From the NCBI GenBank assembly GCA_964016885.1, contig OZ024764.1, positions 17,298,001-17,362,000 on the forward strand: a stretch of DNA of 64,000 nucleotides, read 5' to 3'. Position 1 is the first letter of the stretch. Each line of letters opens with the position of its first letter. The notes below the pieces were generated by a model that saw nothing but the letters and a program-made list of their open reading frames with translations, was not told the DNA's origin and did no database searches. A program made the position numbers and the translations under genes. Shown piece after piece: positions 42,523-56,325 of this stretch. This stretch comes from Eledone cirrhosa (lineage: Eukaryota).

Positions 42523-43786
42523 CATGCAGAGGTTATATTTAATTTGTTGGGATTCAACAAGCTTAAACATTTTCATAACTGATATAAAGCACTCAACAGA
42601 TTTGTGGAGTAAATATACAATATATTAACAAATGGAAACTATATTTATAAAACCATATTTATTTTATTACACATATTTCAAGGGCCACCAAGGCAAATTA
42701 TGGTGCGCTTTCATCAGATAAAATACAATACAGATTTGTTTTATAAATAAATACCTGAAAAAAGACAACCTTAACGGTTGGAGCTTCCTGGATATATATA
42801 TATATCTATATAATAATAAACAAATAAGATACATTAGTCCATCCCTATTTATTTTATTATCCGTATTTCGAAGATGAATGGCCTTTGTATAACATCTGCC
42901 AACGTGTTCTCTTCAGATAAAATCATATATATGTATGTATATATATGTATATATATATATACATAAATATACACACACACACATATATATATATATGTAT
43001 ATATATATACATATATATATATACACACATATACATATATACATATTTATATATATACATACATATATATACACACATATATACATATATATATATATAC
43101 ATATTTATATATATATATGGGCGCTGAAGGTGGAAGACTTACGTAGATTAGAGAGAAACGAAGCCTGCATGCTCCGATGGATGTGTAATAGTAATATACG
43201 TGAACGACAAAGCATAAATGAATTGAGAGAGAGACTGAGCATAAGAGGAATCAAATGCTGTGTGCAGGAGAGGCGGTTACGCTGGTATGGACATGTGATG
43301 CGTATGAAGGATGACAGCTGCATAAAAAGGTGCAGAGCACTAGAAGTCGATGGAAACCGCGGAGTGGGGAGACCCAAGATGACCTGGGATGAGGTGATAA
43401 AAGCCGACCTTACCCAATTACACCTCTCAAAGGCGATGACACACGACCGTGACCTCTGGCGTCACTCAGTAATACAGAGTACCCGACCTCCCATGGGTAC
43501 ATGCTGAAGCATATAGACAATATGCCCCCACACCCCCCACTGCAAGGTGGTCGTGGAGGTGCCACGGCAAAAAAGCACCCAGCACTCACTGTAAATGAGG
43601 TTGGTGTTAGGAAGGGCATCCAGCTGTAGAAATCAAGCCAAATCAGTTCCTGTATGAGCAAGGCATGGTCAGCCGACCAGACACTGCCCACAACAGGACA
43701 ACCCGTCTAACCCATGCTAGCGTGGAAGAACGGACGTAAAACGGTGATGATGATGATATATATACATACATATACACATATATACA

Positions 43787-43817
<31 letters not shown>

Positions 43818-44042
43818 ATGTATATATGTGTATGCATATATGTATATGTATATATATGTATGTATATATATGTATGTGTATATGTATATATATGTATGTA
43901 TATATAGATAAATATGTATACATATATATATATGTATATATGTGTGTATATGTATGTATATATATATAAATATGTATATATATAAATATGTATATGTGTG
44001 TATATATATGTATATATATACATATATATGTGTGTGTGTGTA

Positions 44043-44100
<58 letters not shown>

Positions 44101-47100
44101 AGACATCATACTTCACAACAGAAATTTCTTATAGATCCATTTGTCATGAAATTTATGTGTATAATAAGACCCCCCCCCCTCCCTCAGCCTTGCAAGCAAG
44201 GAAAAGCGGACGTAATATGATGATGATGATGATATATATATATATGTATGTATATCCTGTTTAGAATGGTAACATTATATTTCAAGTAAGAAGAAACAGC
44301 TAAAAGGATTGGTATGTATGTATGTATGTATGTATGTATGTATGTATGTATGTATGTATGTATGTATGTATGTATGTATGTATGTATGTATGTATGTATG
44401 TATGTATGTATGTATGTATGTATGTATGTATGTATGTATGTATGTATGTATGTATGTATGTATGTATGTATGTATGTATGTATGTATGTATGTATGTATG
44501 TATGTATGTATGTATGTATGTATGTATGTATGTATGTATGTATGTATGTATGTATGTATGTATGTATGTATGTATGTATGTATGTATGTATGTATGTATG
44601 TATGTATGTATGTATGTATGTATGTATGTATGTATGTATGTATGTATGTATGTATGTATGTATGTATGTATGTATGTATGTATGTATGTATGTATGTATG
44701 TATGTATGTATGTATGTATGTATGTATGTATGTATGTATGTATGTATGTATGTATGTATGTATGTTAATTAGAATTTAGCATACTGAATTTAGTATACTG
44801 ATATGTATTGGAATTTCGTAGCTATGCAAAAACACCAGCAGCTATCACCACCTGGTGGTGTCCAGCAGAAGCAAAGGGGGGACAATCGTCGATGCATTTC
44901 GAACTGAACTGGTTCTCATCAGAACGGTCGCTCCCTTCAGTTGTAAGAGCGGGAGGAATTGTCCTGGTAAGAACCAGTTCAGTTCGAAATGCATTGACGA
45001 TTGTCCCTCTTGCCAAAACTAGGGACATTGTCATATCTTTGACACAGCTGAAGGGTCCTTTCGACCCTTTATTTGGCAGGTTTTCTATGGTTGGGTACCA
45101 CTTTACAGAAAGTATTGGGTGATTATCATATAGATCATCAGAAGTTAGGGAGGTTTTCATGTCTTTTACACAGCTGAAGAGTCCTCCTGACCTTTCATTT
45201 GGCAAGTTTTCTTCTATATAGTGACACCAAGGCTAGAGAGTTGAATACCTTTGTTTCAAAGCGGCAGCATGTGTTATGATGTATTTCTATCATTTAATCT
45301 CTTGTCTTCTTTCAGACATCAGTGGGAAAGATGTTTCAGGGCATGGAATCTGCTCAACGACCCTGTGAGAAGAAAAGACAGTTTACTCAACCCTATATTC
45401 CAGGTCTGGCAGAATCTGGCACCAACCATGTTGCCCCCATCAGCTGTACACTTGCCAAGGCATCTGAGACCCTTATTAAAGAGTACCAATCAAAGGAGAA
45501 AAACCCGGTTCAGTGTTTGCATGAATACGCAAGTCAGAGGAAGGTCAAGGTAGAGAGTTCAAATGCTATTATGTAGACTATCATATCATCATCATCACCA
45601 TGATCTTCTTCATCATAAATGATAATAATATATAATGAAATTATTGTGTACAGTGCTCAGGTGCACTACAACTCATCAAAGGTGCATGTATAGTACATAG
45701 AATAATGTACAAATGTCAGGAAAGTGAACAGTGTATGAGTCATGATATACACACTGATACATGCATGCGTATATGTGTGTGTTTATATATATATTATATA
45801 ATAAACATTGTGTACAGTGCTCAGGTGCACTACAACTCATCAAAGGTGCATGTATAGTACATAGAATAATGTACAAATGTCAGGAAAGAGGCAATTCTTC
45901 ACTGAACAATGATTATCCATACCTGTACAGTCTCTCTTTCGCATGACATCTGATTCCTCTTATACCCAGTTCAATGATCATCTATATACATCACATGTCC
46001 ACACCAGAGCAGTCTTCTTTCTTTCACACGACATCTGATTCCTCTTATACCCAGTTCAATGATCATCTATATACATCACATGTCCACACCAGAGCAGTCT
46101 TCTTTCTTTCGCATGACATCTGATTCCTCTTATACCCAGTTCAATGATCATCTATATACATCACATGTCCACACCAGAGCAGTCTTCTTTCTTTCGCATG
46201 ACATCTGATTCCTCTTATACCCAGTTCAATGATCATCTATATACATCACATGTCCACACCAGAGCAGTCTTCTTTCTTTCGCATGACATCTGATTCCTCT
46301 TATACCCAGTTCAATGATCATCTATATACATCACATGTCCACACCAGAGCAGTCTTCTTTCTTTCGCATGACATCTGATTCCTCTTATACCCAGTTCAAT
46401 GATCATCTATATACATCACATGTCCACACCAGAGCAGTCTTCTCTCTTTCGCATGACATCTGATTCCTCTTATACCCAGGTTTTTCTCTCTGTCCAGGTA
46501 TTCCCCTACTGTAGCTCCCTTCTGGTGAAGAGGTTGCTTTATATTTGAAGGGTTAATATTTTTTATTTTTGTCTCCACAGCTCGCATTCCATCAAGTTGA
46601 TGTAATTCCTTTAAAAGAAACACCCCCTTGAGGGATTTAAAAGGGGTCGTAGAGATAGAGGGATTGATTTGTTTGGGAGAGATGGTTGATTGATATAAAA
46701 AGGGTCACTGGAGGGTTTGATTGATATTTGAAGGGCTAATACAAGTGATACCTTTTTTTTTTTTGTCTTCATAGCTCACTTTCCATGAAGTTGATGTCAT
46801 GCCTTCGAGGGAACACCCTCTCGCCATCTTTGCTGTACAGGTAGAAATAAATGGGGTTATATACCCCCAGGGTGTCGGCAACACAAAGAAGGAAGCCAAG
46901 ACAAACGCTGCTGTTAAGGCTTTTGAAATAGGGGTCTTACAAAAGTACAACGGAACTGGTAAGTGGTGTTGTTGTTGTTGTTATTATTATGGATTGGCAG
47001 TAGTGGTAAGGCGTTGGACAACATAGTTTGCGGCACATAGTTATGGCCCTTTATGGTCTGAGTTCAAACCCTGCCACGGTTAACTTTGCCTTTCATCCTT

Positions 47101-48378
47101 ACGGGGTCGATAAAATAAAGTACCAGTCACGTACTGGAGTTGATTTAATCGAATTGCTGGCCTTGTGCTTAAAGTAGAAACAATTATTATTGAGGGATGT
47201 GGATTGGCAAATTCGGTAGAGCATCTTCAGGTTTGACAGAGGCCTAGAACACAACCCCATGCTCTACCGAGTGTATTTTATCATGTGAACAACACTAGAG
47301 GGGCTGTCATGTCTTTGACACAAATGAAAGGTCCTCCCAACCCTTTGTTGGGCAAATATTCTACTACTGGATGCCCTTCCTGACACCAACCACTTTACAG
47401 AGTGTACTGGGTGTGTTTATCATGTAGATCAGCAACACTAGGAAGGTTGTCATGTCCTTGACATGACTAAAGGACCCTCCCAACCCCTTGTTTGGCAAGC
47501 TTTCTACTGCTGCTCTTCCTATCACCAACACTAGACAGGTTGTTGCGTCCTCCTAACTCTTTATTTGGCAGGTTTTCTATCGCTGGATACCTTTCCTACC
47601 ACCCTACATATCTCTTTATCTCTCCCTCCCTACAGAGAGACCATCGCAAGCTTTCACCAACAACCAGCCCTCACTACAGGACACAGGAAAATCTTCAGAA
47701 TCAAAGCACTCGGTGACCCAGCTGTATCAGTATGCTCAGTCGGCGGGCAAGTCTTGTGAGATTGTCGTGGCAGATGAACGAGGACCCATGGGGTAAGTGG
47801 TCTTTCAGTGTTTTGTTTTTGTTTCTTAGCTGTATGTAGCTATGGTGTGGCCACACTTAGAATTTGCATCACCAGTCTGGAACCCCTATCTTGCTCGGAA
47901 CATTGACTTCCTGAAAACTGTTCAGAGACATGCAACCAAGCGAATACCCTCCATCAGACATCTATCATACTCTGAACACCTTGCTTCCCTGGGCATGGAT
48001 ACATTGAAGCTCCGACGTCTGGCAACTGACTTGGTAGACACCCACAAAATTGTTAACCATCTTGCCAACAACAACCCTGAATACCTTTTTGAATTCCATG
48101 TGTCTAACACACGTGGACATGCCTACAAAGTCAGAAAACAGCACAGCTCCCATGACTTTCTTATCTATATATCTAGCTATATACACATACGTACCTACAT
48201 ATCTATCTACCTATATACATATACACACATACCTACGTATCTATATACATATCTATCTACATATACACACATACCTACGTATCTATATATTTATCTCTCT
48301 ATCTACATATACACACACAAACATACCAACCTATCTACCTACCTACCAACATATCTATCTATCTACCTACCTACCAAC

Positions 48379-48410
<32 letters not shown>

Positions 48411-51400
48411 CTACCTACCAACATATCTATCTATCTACCAACCTACCAACATATCTATCTATCTATCTATTTATCTACCAACCTACCAACATATCTATCT
48501 ATCTATCTATTTATCTACCTACCTACCAACATATCTATCTATCTACCTACCTACCAACATATCTATCTATTTATCTATCTATCTACCAACCTACCAACAT
48601 ATCTATCTATCTACCAACCTACCAACATATCTATCTATCTATCTATTTATCTATTTACCCATTTGTGTATTTTCCCCAGATTCAAGGCCTGTGTGATGTT
48701 GAACAACGAATACTTAGTGGAAGCTGTAGCACAAAACAAGAAAGATGCTAAAAGATTGGCCAGTATGGCTGCCCTTGATAAACTTAACATCAAATATGCT
48801 CAGGTTGGTGTTTTATTATGTTGTTGTTGTTGATCTTCTTCTTCGCCCACTTATCCCTGAGAGTGTCGTGGGGGCAGAGTCCTCTAACATTCCTGCCAGT
48901 GTCTCTTGGGGACAGAGTCCTCAAATACTCCTCTGTCTCTTTTTCATTGTTCTATCCACAAATATATATATATATATAATAATAATTGTTTCTACTTTTG
49001 GCACAAGGACAGCAATTACCCCAGTGCATTACTGGTACTTTATTTTATCGACCCCCTAAGGATGAAAGGCAAAGTTAATCTCGACAGGATTTGAACTCAG
49101 ATCATAAAGGGCCGTAACTCTATGCAGGAAAGCATGGCGTCTGACCGACGATTTGTTATGTCTTCGTTACGTTTCTTGAGTCTAAAAACCGCCATCTGCA
49201 AAGATGCTGTGACACTCGATTTTAAATACTGCTCATACCAGTCAAATTATCCAAATACTGATTTTGGATTTAGTGATACAGAGCATTTATACTAAGGTGT
49301 ACAGACATTAAGATGAGAAAAATAACAAGATGAACATGGCTTAGTGGTTAGAGCATTGGCCTTGCAATCGAAAGGTTGTGAGTTCAATTCTCAGACCGGG
49401 TGATGTGTTGTTTCCTTGAGCAAGACACTTTATTTCACATTGCTCCAGTTTACTCAGCTGTAGAAATGAGATGATAGGGACTGGGGTCCATATCATTCCA
49501 CTGCAAAGTGGTCGTGGAGGTGCCACGGCAAAAAAGCACCCAGCACTCACTGTAAATGAGGTTGGTGTTAGGAAGGGCATCCAGCTGTAGAAATCAAGCC
49601 AGAATCAGTTCCCATCCCACCCTTGCAAGCAGGGAAAAAGCGGACGTAAAATGATGATGAAATGATGAACAGCAAATTGAAATAAGTAATAAAATGTATA
49701 TATCAGTATGAACATTGTTTTGTTGTGTTTGCAGGAGGTTACCCCCGAAGGAAAAAGTCTAGGCCAACAGTTCACTGATCTTGTTTATAACCACATGTAT
49801 ATGTACCTGGAGCAGTTCTCACCTCTACGCTACAGAAGGAAGTCGGTTGCAGCCGTCATCCTCGTGTCAGGTGAGAGGAAATTTGGTCTTATTTCGTCTG
49901 TGTGTCTGAGTCTACTGGTTGTGTTTTATCATGTCACCATCACTACCACTTTACAGAGTGTACTGGGTGTATTATATCATGACACCATCACTACCACTTT
50001 ACAGAGTGTACTGGGTGTATTATATTGTGGTACCAACACTACCACTTTACAGAGTGTACTGGATGTATTATATCATGATACCATCACTACCACTTTACAG
50101 AGTGTACTGGGTGTATCATATCGTGGCACCAACACTACCACTTTACAGAGTGTACTGGATGTATTATATCATGACACCAACACTACCACTTTACAGAGTG
50201 TACTGGGTGTATTATATCATGACACCAACACTACCACTTTACAGAGTGTACTGGGTGTATCATATCATGGCACCAACACTACCACTTTACAGAGTGTACT
50301 GGGTGTATTATATCATGACACCAACACTACCACTTTACAGAGTGTATTATATTGTGGTACCAACACTACCACTTTACAGAGTGTAGTGGGTGTATTGTCA
50401 AATCAGACCGAGGAAACAATGTTTCTGTTGGTCTTTCCAATTGCTAATACTATCTATCAGCCGCAACTCCAGGCAGAAGGAGCAACGTGAAATAAAGTGT
50501 CTTGCTCAAGGACATAACGTATCACCTAGTCCAGGAATCGAACTTTCAACCTCACGATTGTGAATCCAATTCTCTAACCACTCAGCCCTGTGTAGGCTTT
50601 GATTACAAACAGCCAGTGAATTTGAAAATTAGGTAGTACCATGTGCTTACACCGTATTTGACTAAATAGAATTGGTCTGTTATTTGGGGTTTTAAAAAAA
50701 CCCTCTGAATGGAAAAAAGGATGAGTATTGATGGACATAGGATACAAACCCACATCTTTAGTTTGCCCGGCAAATGTGTTACCATTACACCTATACGCCT
50801 CCCATACTTCCTTCCATTCAATTAGAAGCTATATAACCATAGCAGGTTTATCATCATCATCATTTTACGTCCACTTTTCCCTGCTTTCAAGGGTGGAACG
50901 GGTCTTATTCAGCACAGCATCTCTCCATTTGTCACGGTCCTTCGTCATCTCCTCTGTGAGTTTCTGCGATCTGAGGTCTGCTCTCACCACCTCCGCCCAT
51001 GTTTTTCATGGTCTTTCTTCCACAGGGATTTCTTGGCACTTCTTTACCCAGCGATCATCCTCCATGCGCATCACATGTCCATACCATCTCGGTCTTCTCT
51101 CCCACACACCACAACTTATCCCTCTTATACACAGTTTCTCTCTCAACTCATCCATGCTTGGACATTGCACATCCAACAGAGCATGCTTGCCTCATTTCTC
51201 TCCAGCCGTCGCATATCCACTGCAGTTGCTGCCCATGTCTCACTACCATGCAGTATCGCGCACCTCACACAGGCATCATATAACTGGCCTTTCGTACGCA
51301 GGGAGAAACCCTTCTTCATCAGCAGAGGAAGCAGCTCCCTAAATTTCTTCCAACAAATATACATGTATATATATATATATATATAGGTATGTACTTCTTT

Positions 51401-51720
51401 TGGTTTTCTGCAGGCAACAAATCCCCTGAAGTTGTTTCCATGGCAATAGGTCACCAGTGCTTGAATCCGAGCTACCTTACTACCGATGGTCGATGTTTAA
51501 TAGACAGTGACGCCGCTGTGTTGGCCTGTAGGGCCTTTCGCAGGTAATGGGCTTGTCCTTTCTCTCTCTATATTTCTCTTTTACTCATTCTCTCACTCAC
51601 ATACATGGTGTGTGTATATATATATATACACAAGCGCACATATATATGTGTGTATACATTTATACAATATTTCTCACTATCTATCTATATATATATGATA
51701 TATAAAATGTGTATATATGA

Positions 51721-51801
<81 letters not shown>

Positions 51802-52378
51802 AAAATTAAGGGTGTCATGTCAGATAGACATGCGCCATATCACCCGTAAAATATGCTCCAAGATTCTAATGAATAGATCCGAGCATTTTATATCAAATTA
51901 GAAATTGATTGACATATAAATATGAAACAATCACAGGGGATAATTTGTAAAAGTGTGTAAGCACACATAGCTAGGTAGGTAACTAAATAAAGTTTAACTA
52001 GAACTTTAAAAATAGATACCTTATAAATGGATTAATCTTCCTTGTATATATTCCATTAAAGAAATATATTTCACCAATTAATCGATTGGTAAACGACAGT
52101 AGCCAGATCCTGGATTTTCAACAAGGAATAGGTCCAACCATCTGTGTTTACGCATCATATTTAGTTACCTACCTAGCTATGTGTGCTTACACACTTTTAC
52201 AAATTATCCGCTGTCATTGTTTCATATGTTTATTTTAGATATATTTATATGTCAATCAATTTCTAATTTGATATATATATATATATTTAATTATATATAT
52301 AATTAAATAGCTCTGTACTATACATAGAGCACTCTTACTTCCTTTACCTTATCTACGGAAATACTGAACACATAAAAC

Positions 52379-52410
<32 letters not shown>

Positions 52411-54934
52411 TATATGTGTGTGATGTGTATATGTAATGTATATTCAATATATATATGATATATGTAATGTATATTTAATATATATATGTATTGCAGGTAC
52501 CTATATTCAGAACTGCAGCGCTACCTGGTGGAGCCCAACTCAGCCAACTGTATAATTGACTTGTTGCCGAGCAACGAAGGTCTCTTTAAAATCAAGAAGG
52601 ACATCACCTTTCATCTTTTTCTTAGCGATCCTCCTTCTGGTGATTATCACATCTTTTTATCCAAGTAAGTATCCTTTATAATTCATTGTAAATTCAGCGT
52701 TGACCCTTTAGCGTTTAAACCGGCTGTAACCGGCCAGAATTCTCTCCCTCTTTCTGTTTAAACCGGCTGTAACTGGCCACTTATACTGATGTTAAGGCAT
52801 TGTTCTCAAAATAAATAACATCAAAATCTCAGATTTGATATTCTGTGAGATAAAGCCTTTACTGTGAAAATACAATAGTATATATAGAGTAATGTAGATA
52901 TTATGTGAGATAAAGCCTTTACTGTGAAAATACAATAGTATATACCCCCCCAGAAAGATGAAAGGTAAAACTAATGTAAAGGGACATAACTCTATTTTGC
53001 AAAGGGTGTCCGTCACTCTACTAATTTTACCACCACACCATTGCCCAATGATGATGATGCACAGTTAGTTAATTATTTAATTTCTAATTATAGAAGCACA
53101 ATCAGTTAATTATCTAATTATCTAATTATAGATGGACAATTATCTAGTTTCTAATTATAGAAGCACAATTAGTTAATTATCTAATTTCTAATTACAGACC
53201 CAGTGCACTGCTTACTCATGAAGATAACGAACAGATCGCGAGAGGAATTCATAAACCAGCATTTGAAGAAACGGACCATGGAGCACTGAGTCTACGTTTT
53301 ACTGATGGTGTGTATATAAATATATATAAATATATAAAAGGGTGAAAGCAGCGATTCTTTGCTTAAACTTTAATCTGTTATTTTAATAAATATTTGCTCT
53401 AGGGTTCTTATATATTTGATATATATTTATCCTTATCGAGCCCTCTTTGGATTTTAGTCTTCAAATTTATTATTATTACTATATATATTTATATAAATAT
53501 ATATATAATGTTACATATGTTAAATAAATATATATATATATTTATTTAACATATGTAACATTATATATATATTTATATAAATATATATATATGTATAAAA
53601 AAGGTAAACAGAAATAACAACACAATCGGTACAGTATATGGAAGCGATATATTAGGGTAACGCTTGATATAGCAGGAAGAGGGTCTTAACGTTTCGGACG
53701 CTAGTCCTTCATCAGAAGAAAGAATGAGAAATAAGATAGATTGAGGGGACGGGTGGGGTGGAATTGGAAAAAAATGTCTTCAGATAAAAATAACAGGTCC
53801 ATTCATGTTGACATCTCTTGCAAAACTGTTGGTGCTGGCGTTTTGTGTATGATTTATTTTTTTATATGTCGATATGTATATATATATATATGTATATATG
53901 TATATGTATGATTATTATTATTATGTTGTGGCTATGAAATGTGTGTGTGTATATATATGATTGTTGTTGTTGTTAAGATATATATATTGTCTGTGATATG
54001 TCATATTCAGGTAGCACAGAACACATCATCGAGAACACGGTGGTTCGGGAAAAGATGGAGACCCTAGGATCAAACAATGAGCAACAGCTTCATGTGATGT
54101 CAACCTGTGATAAAATATTAAAATGGAATGTCTTGGGAATTCAGGGTTCACTTCTCAGCAGAATCGTAGAGCCTTTTTATTTCAACAGCATCACACTTGG
54201 TAAATATAACCCCACCACCACTACACCCCATACACGCACACACACACACCAGGGGCGAAGGGTGAGTGCATGCGTTATAGAATCTTGAGTTGATCAATTG
54301 CGTCGGATGAAGCAGAATTTTGGCTGCTTACTAAATCGTAGACACATAAAAAGATAACACACACGCACTAGATAAAACTACATGTGGCTTTGACCGGGAG
54401 GGGAATTGGGGGGGGGGGGCTGCACAGCCCCACTTTCCCCCATGGTGATTGGACTGCATGCCCTGCTTTCCAGGTTACCCTTTGCCACTGACACACACAC
54501 ACACACACTCTCACTTTTATGTCTTCTATCTTTCTATCTTCTTCCTGTATAACCTTTTTTTGCTTTCTCCTTATTCTCTCTCTCTTCTATTTCCTTTTAT
54601 ATGTGTGTATATATCTATCTATCTATCTATCTTATATATATATATATATATATCTATATATATAGATAGATAGATATATATATCTATATATCTATATTTA
54701 AACTGGCCGAATCCGGCCAGAAATTTCTCATTTCTGTGACTAGGCACTCATACTGATGTTAAGGTATTGTTCTCAAAATATATAATACCAAAATCTCATA
54801 TTATGTGAGATAAAACCTTTACCATGAAAATATAATAGTATATATAAACTAATGTAAATGCTAAAGGTTTAAGGTTGTGCACAAGCATAACTGCAGTCTA
54901 ATGACTGAAAGCAGTAAACAAAGAAAAGAATATA

Positions 54935-55008
<74 letters not shown>

Positions 55009-55805
55009 TATATATATACACACACACATATGAAATATAAGAATCAAAGAACTGTTCAAAACATTTTTGTGCTTACAACTGTTTCCTCCAAACCGAGGTT
55101 TGGATTCTTCGGAGCAATTTATTAATGAATGAACAGTTATATGACCTCCTTTTCACCCAAGAGACATACAGATACATATGCAAATATTGTGGGTCAACAT
55201 TCATTCCACAATATTTGCATATGTATCTGTATGTCTCTTGGGTGAAAAGGAGGTCATATAAGTGTTCATTCATTAATAAATTGCTCCGAAGAATCCAAAC
55301 CTCGGTTTGGAGGAAACAGTTGTAAGCACAAAAATGTTTTGAACAGTTCTTTGATTCTTATATTTCATATAACTGCTCTGTAAATCATCTGATGTTTTTA
55401 CATTGAGCTACTTAACTTACTGGTAATAAGGTAGTAATATATTACTGCCTACCACTATTTAGGGTGTGTATAAAAAAATATATATAACTGCAAAAGGTTT
55501 TTGTATTTACATAACCATAAATAGTATAATTAATACTAATTAATTAATACACACACATATATATCTGTATGTGGTTATCTAATGACCCTGTGTTAAACAA
55601 GTGAAACACCAGAGTAACAAGACTCACTATTTAGCCTTAATAAAATAAGTATATATATACGTGTGTGTGTGTGTATATATATATATATCATCATCATCAT
55701 CATCACCGTTTTACAACCGTTCTTATATATATATATACACACAACACACACACATATATATATATATACACAACACACACACACACACATATATAGAAAT
55801 ACACA

Positions 55806-55836
<31 letters not shown>

Positions 55837-55925
55837 CACACACACACACATATATATATATATACACACACACACACATATATATATATACACACAACAC
55901 ACTCACATATATATATATACACACA

Positions 55926-55978
<53 letters not shown>

Positions 55979-56025
55979 ACACACACACATATATATAGAA
56001 ATACACAACACACACACATATATAT

Positions 56026-56094
<69 letters not shown>

Positions 56095-56278
56095 ACACAC
56101 ACACACACACATATATATATACACAACACACACACATATATATATATACACAACACACACACACTCACATATATATATATATATACACAACACACACATA
56201 TATATATATACACACACACATATATACACACAACACACACACACACACATATATATATATACACACACACATATATAT

Positions 56279-56325
<47 letters not shown>

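Noticed and set aside
44808-45205. ORFs of 104-127 aa on both strands
   Set aside because: Intronic, overlap a dispersed repeat also seen at ~47300-47590, and show no recognisable domain.
51434-51447. X-box-like GTTTCCATGGCAAT
   Set aside because: Lies in a coding exon (V-S-M-A-I) and is explained by protein constraint.
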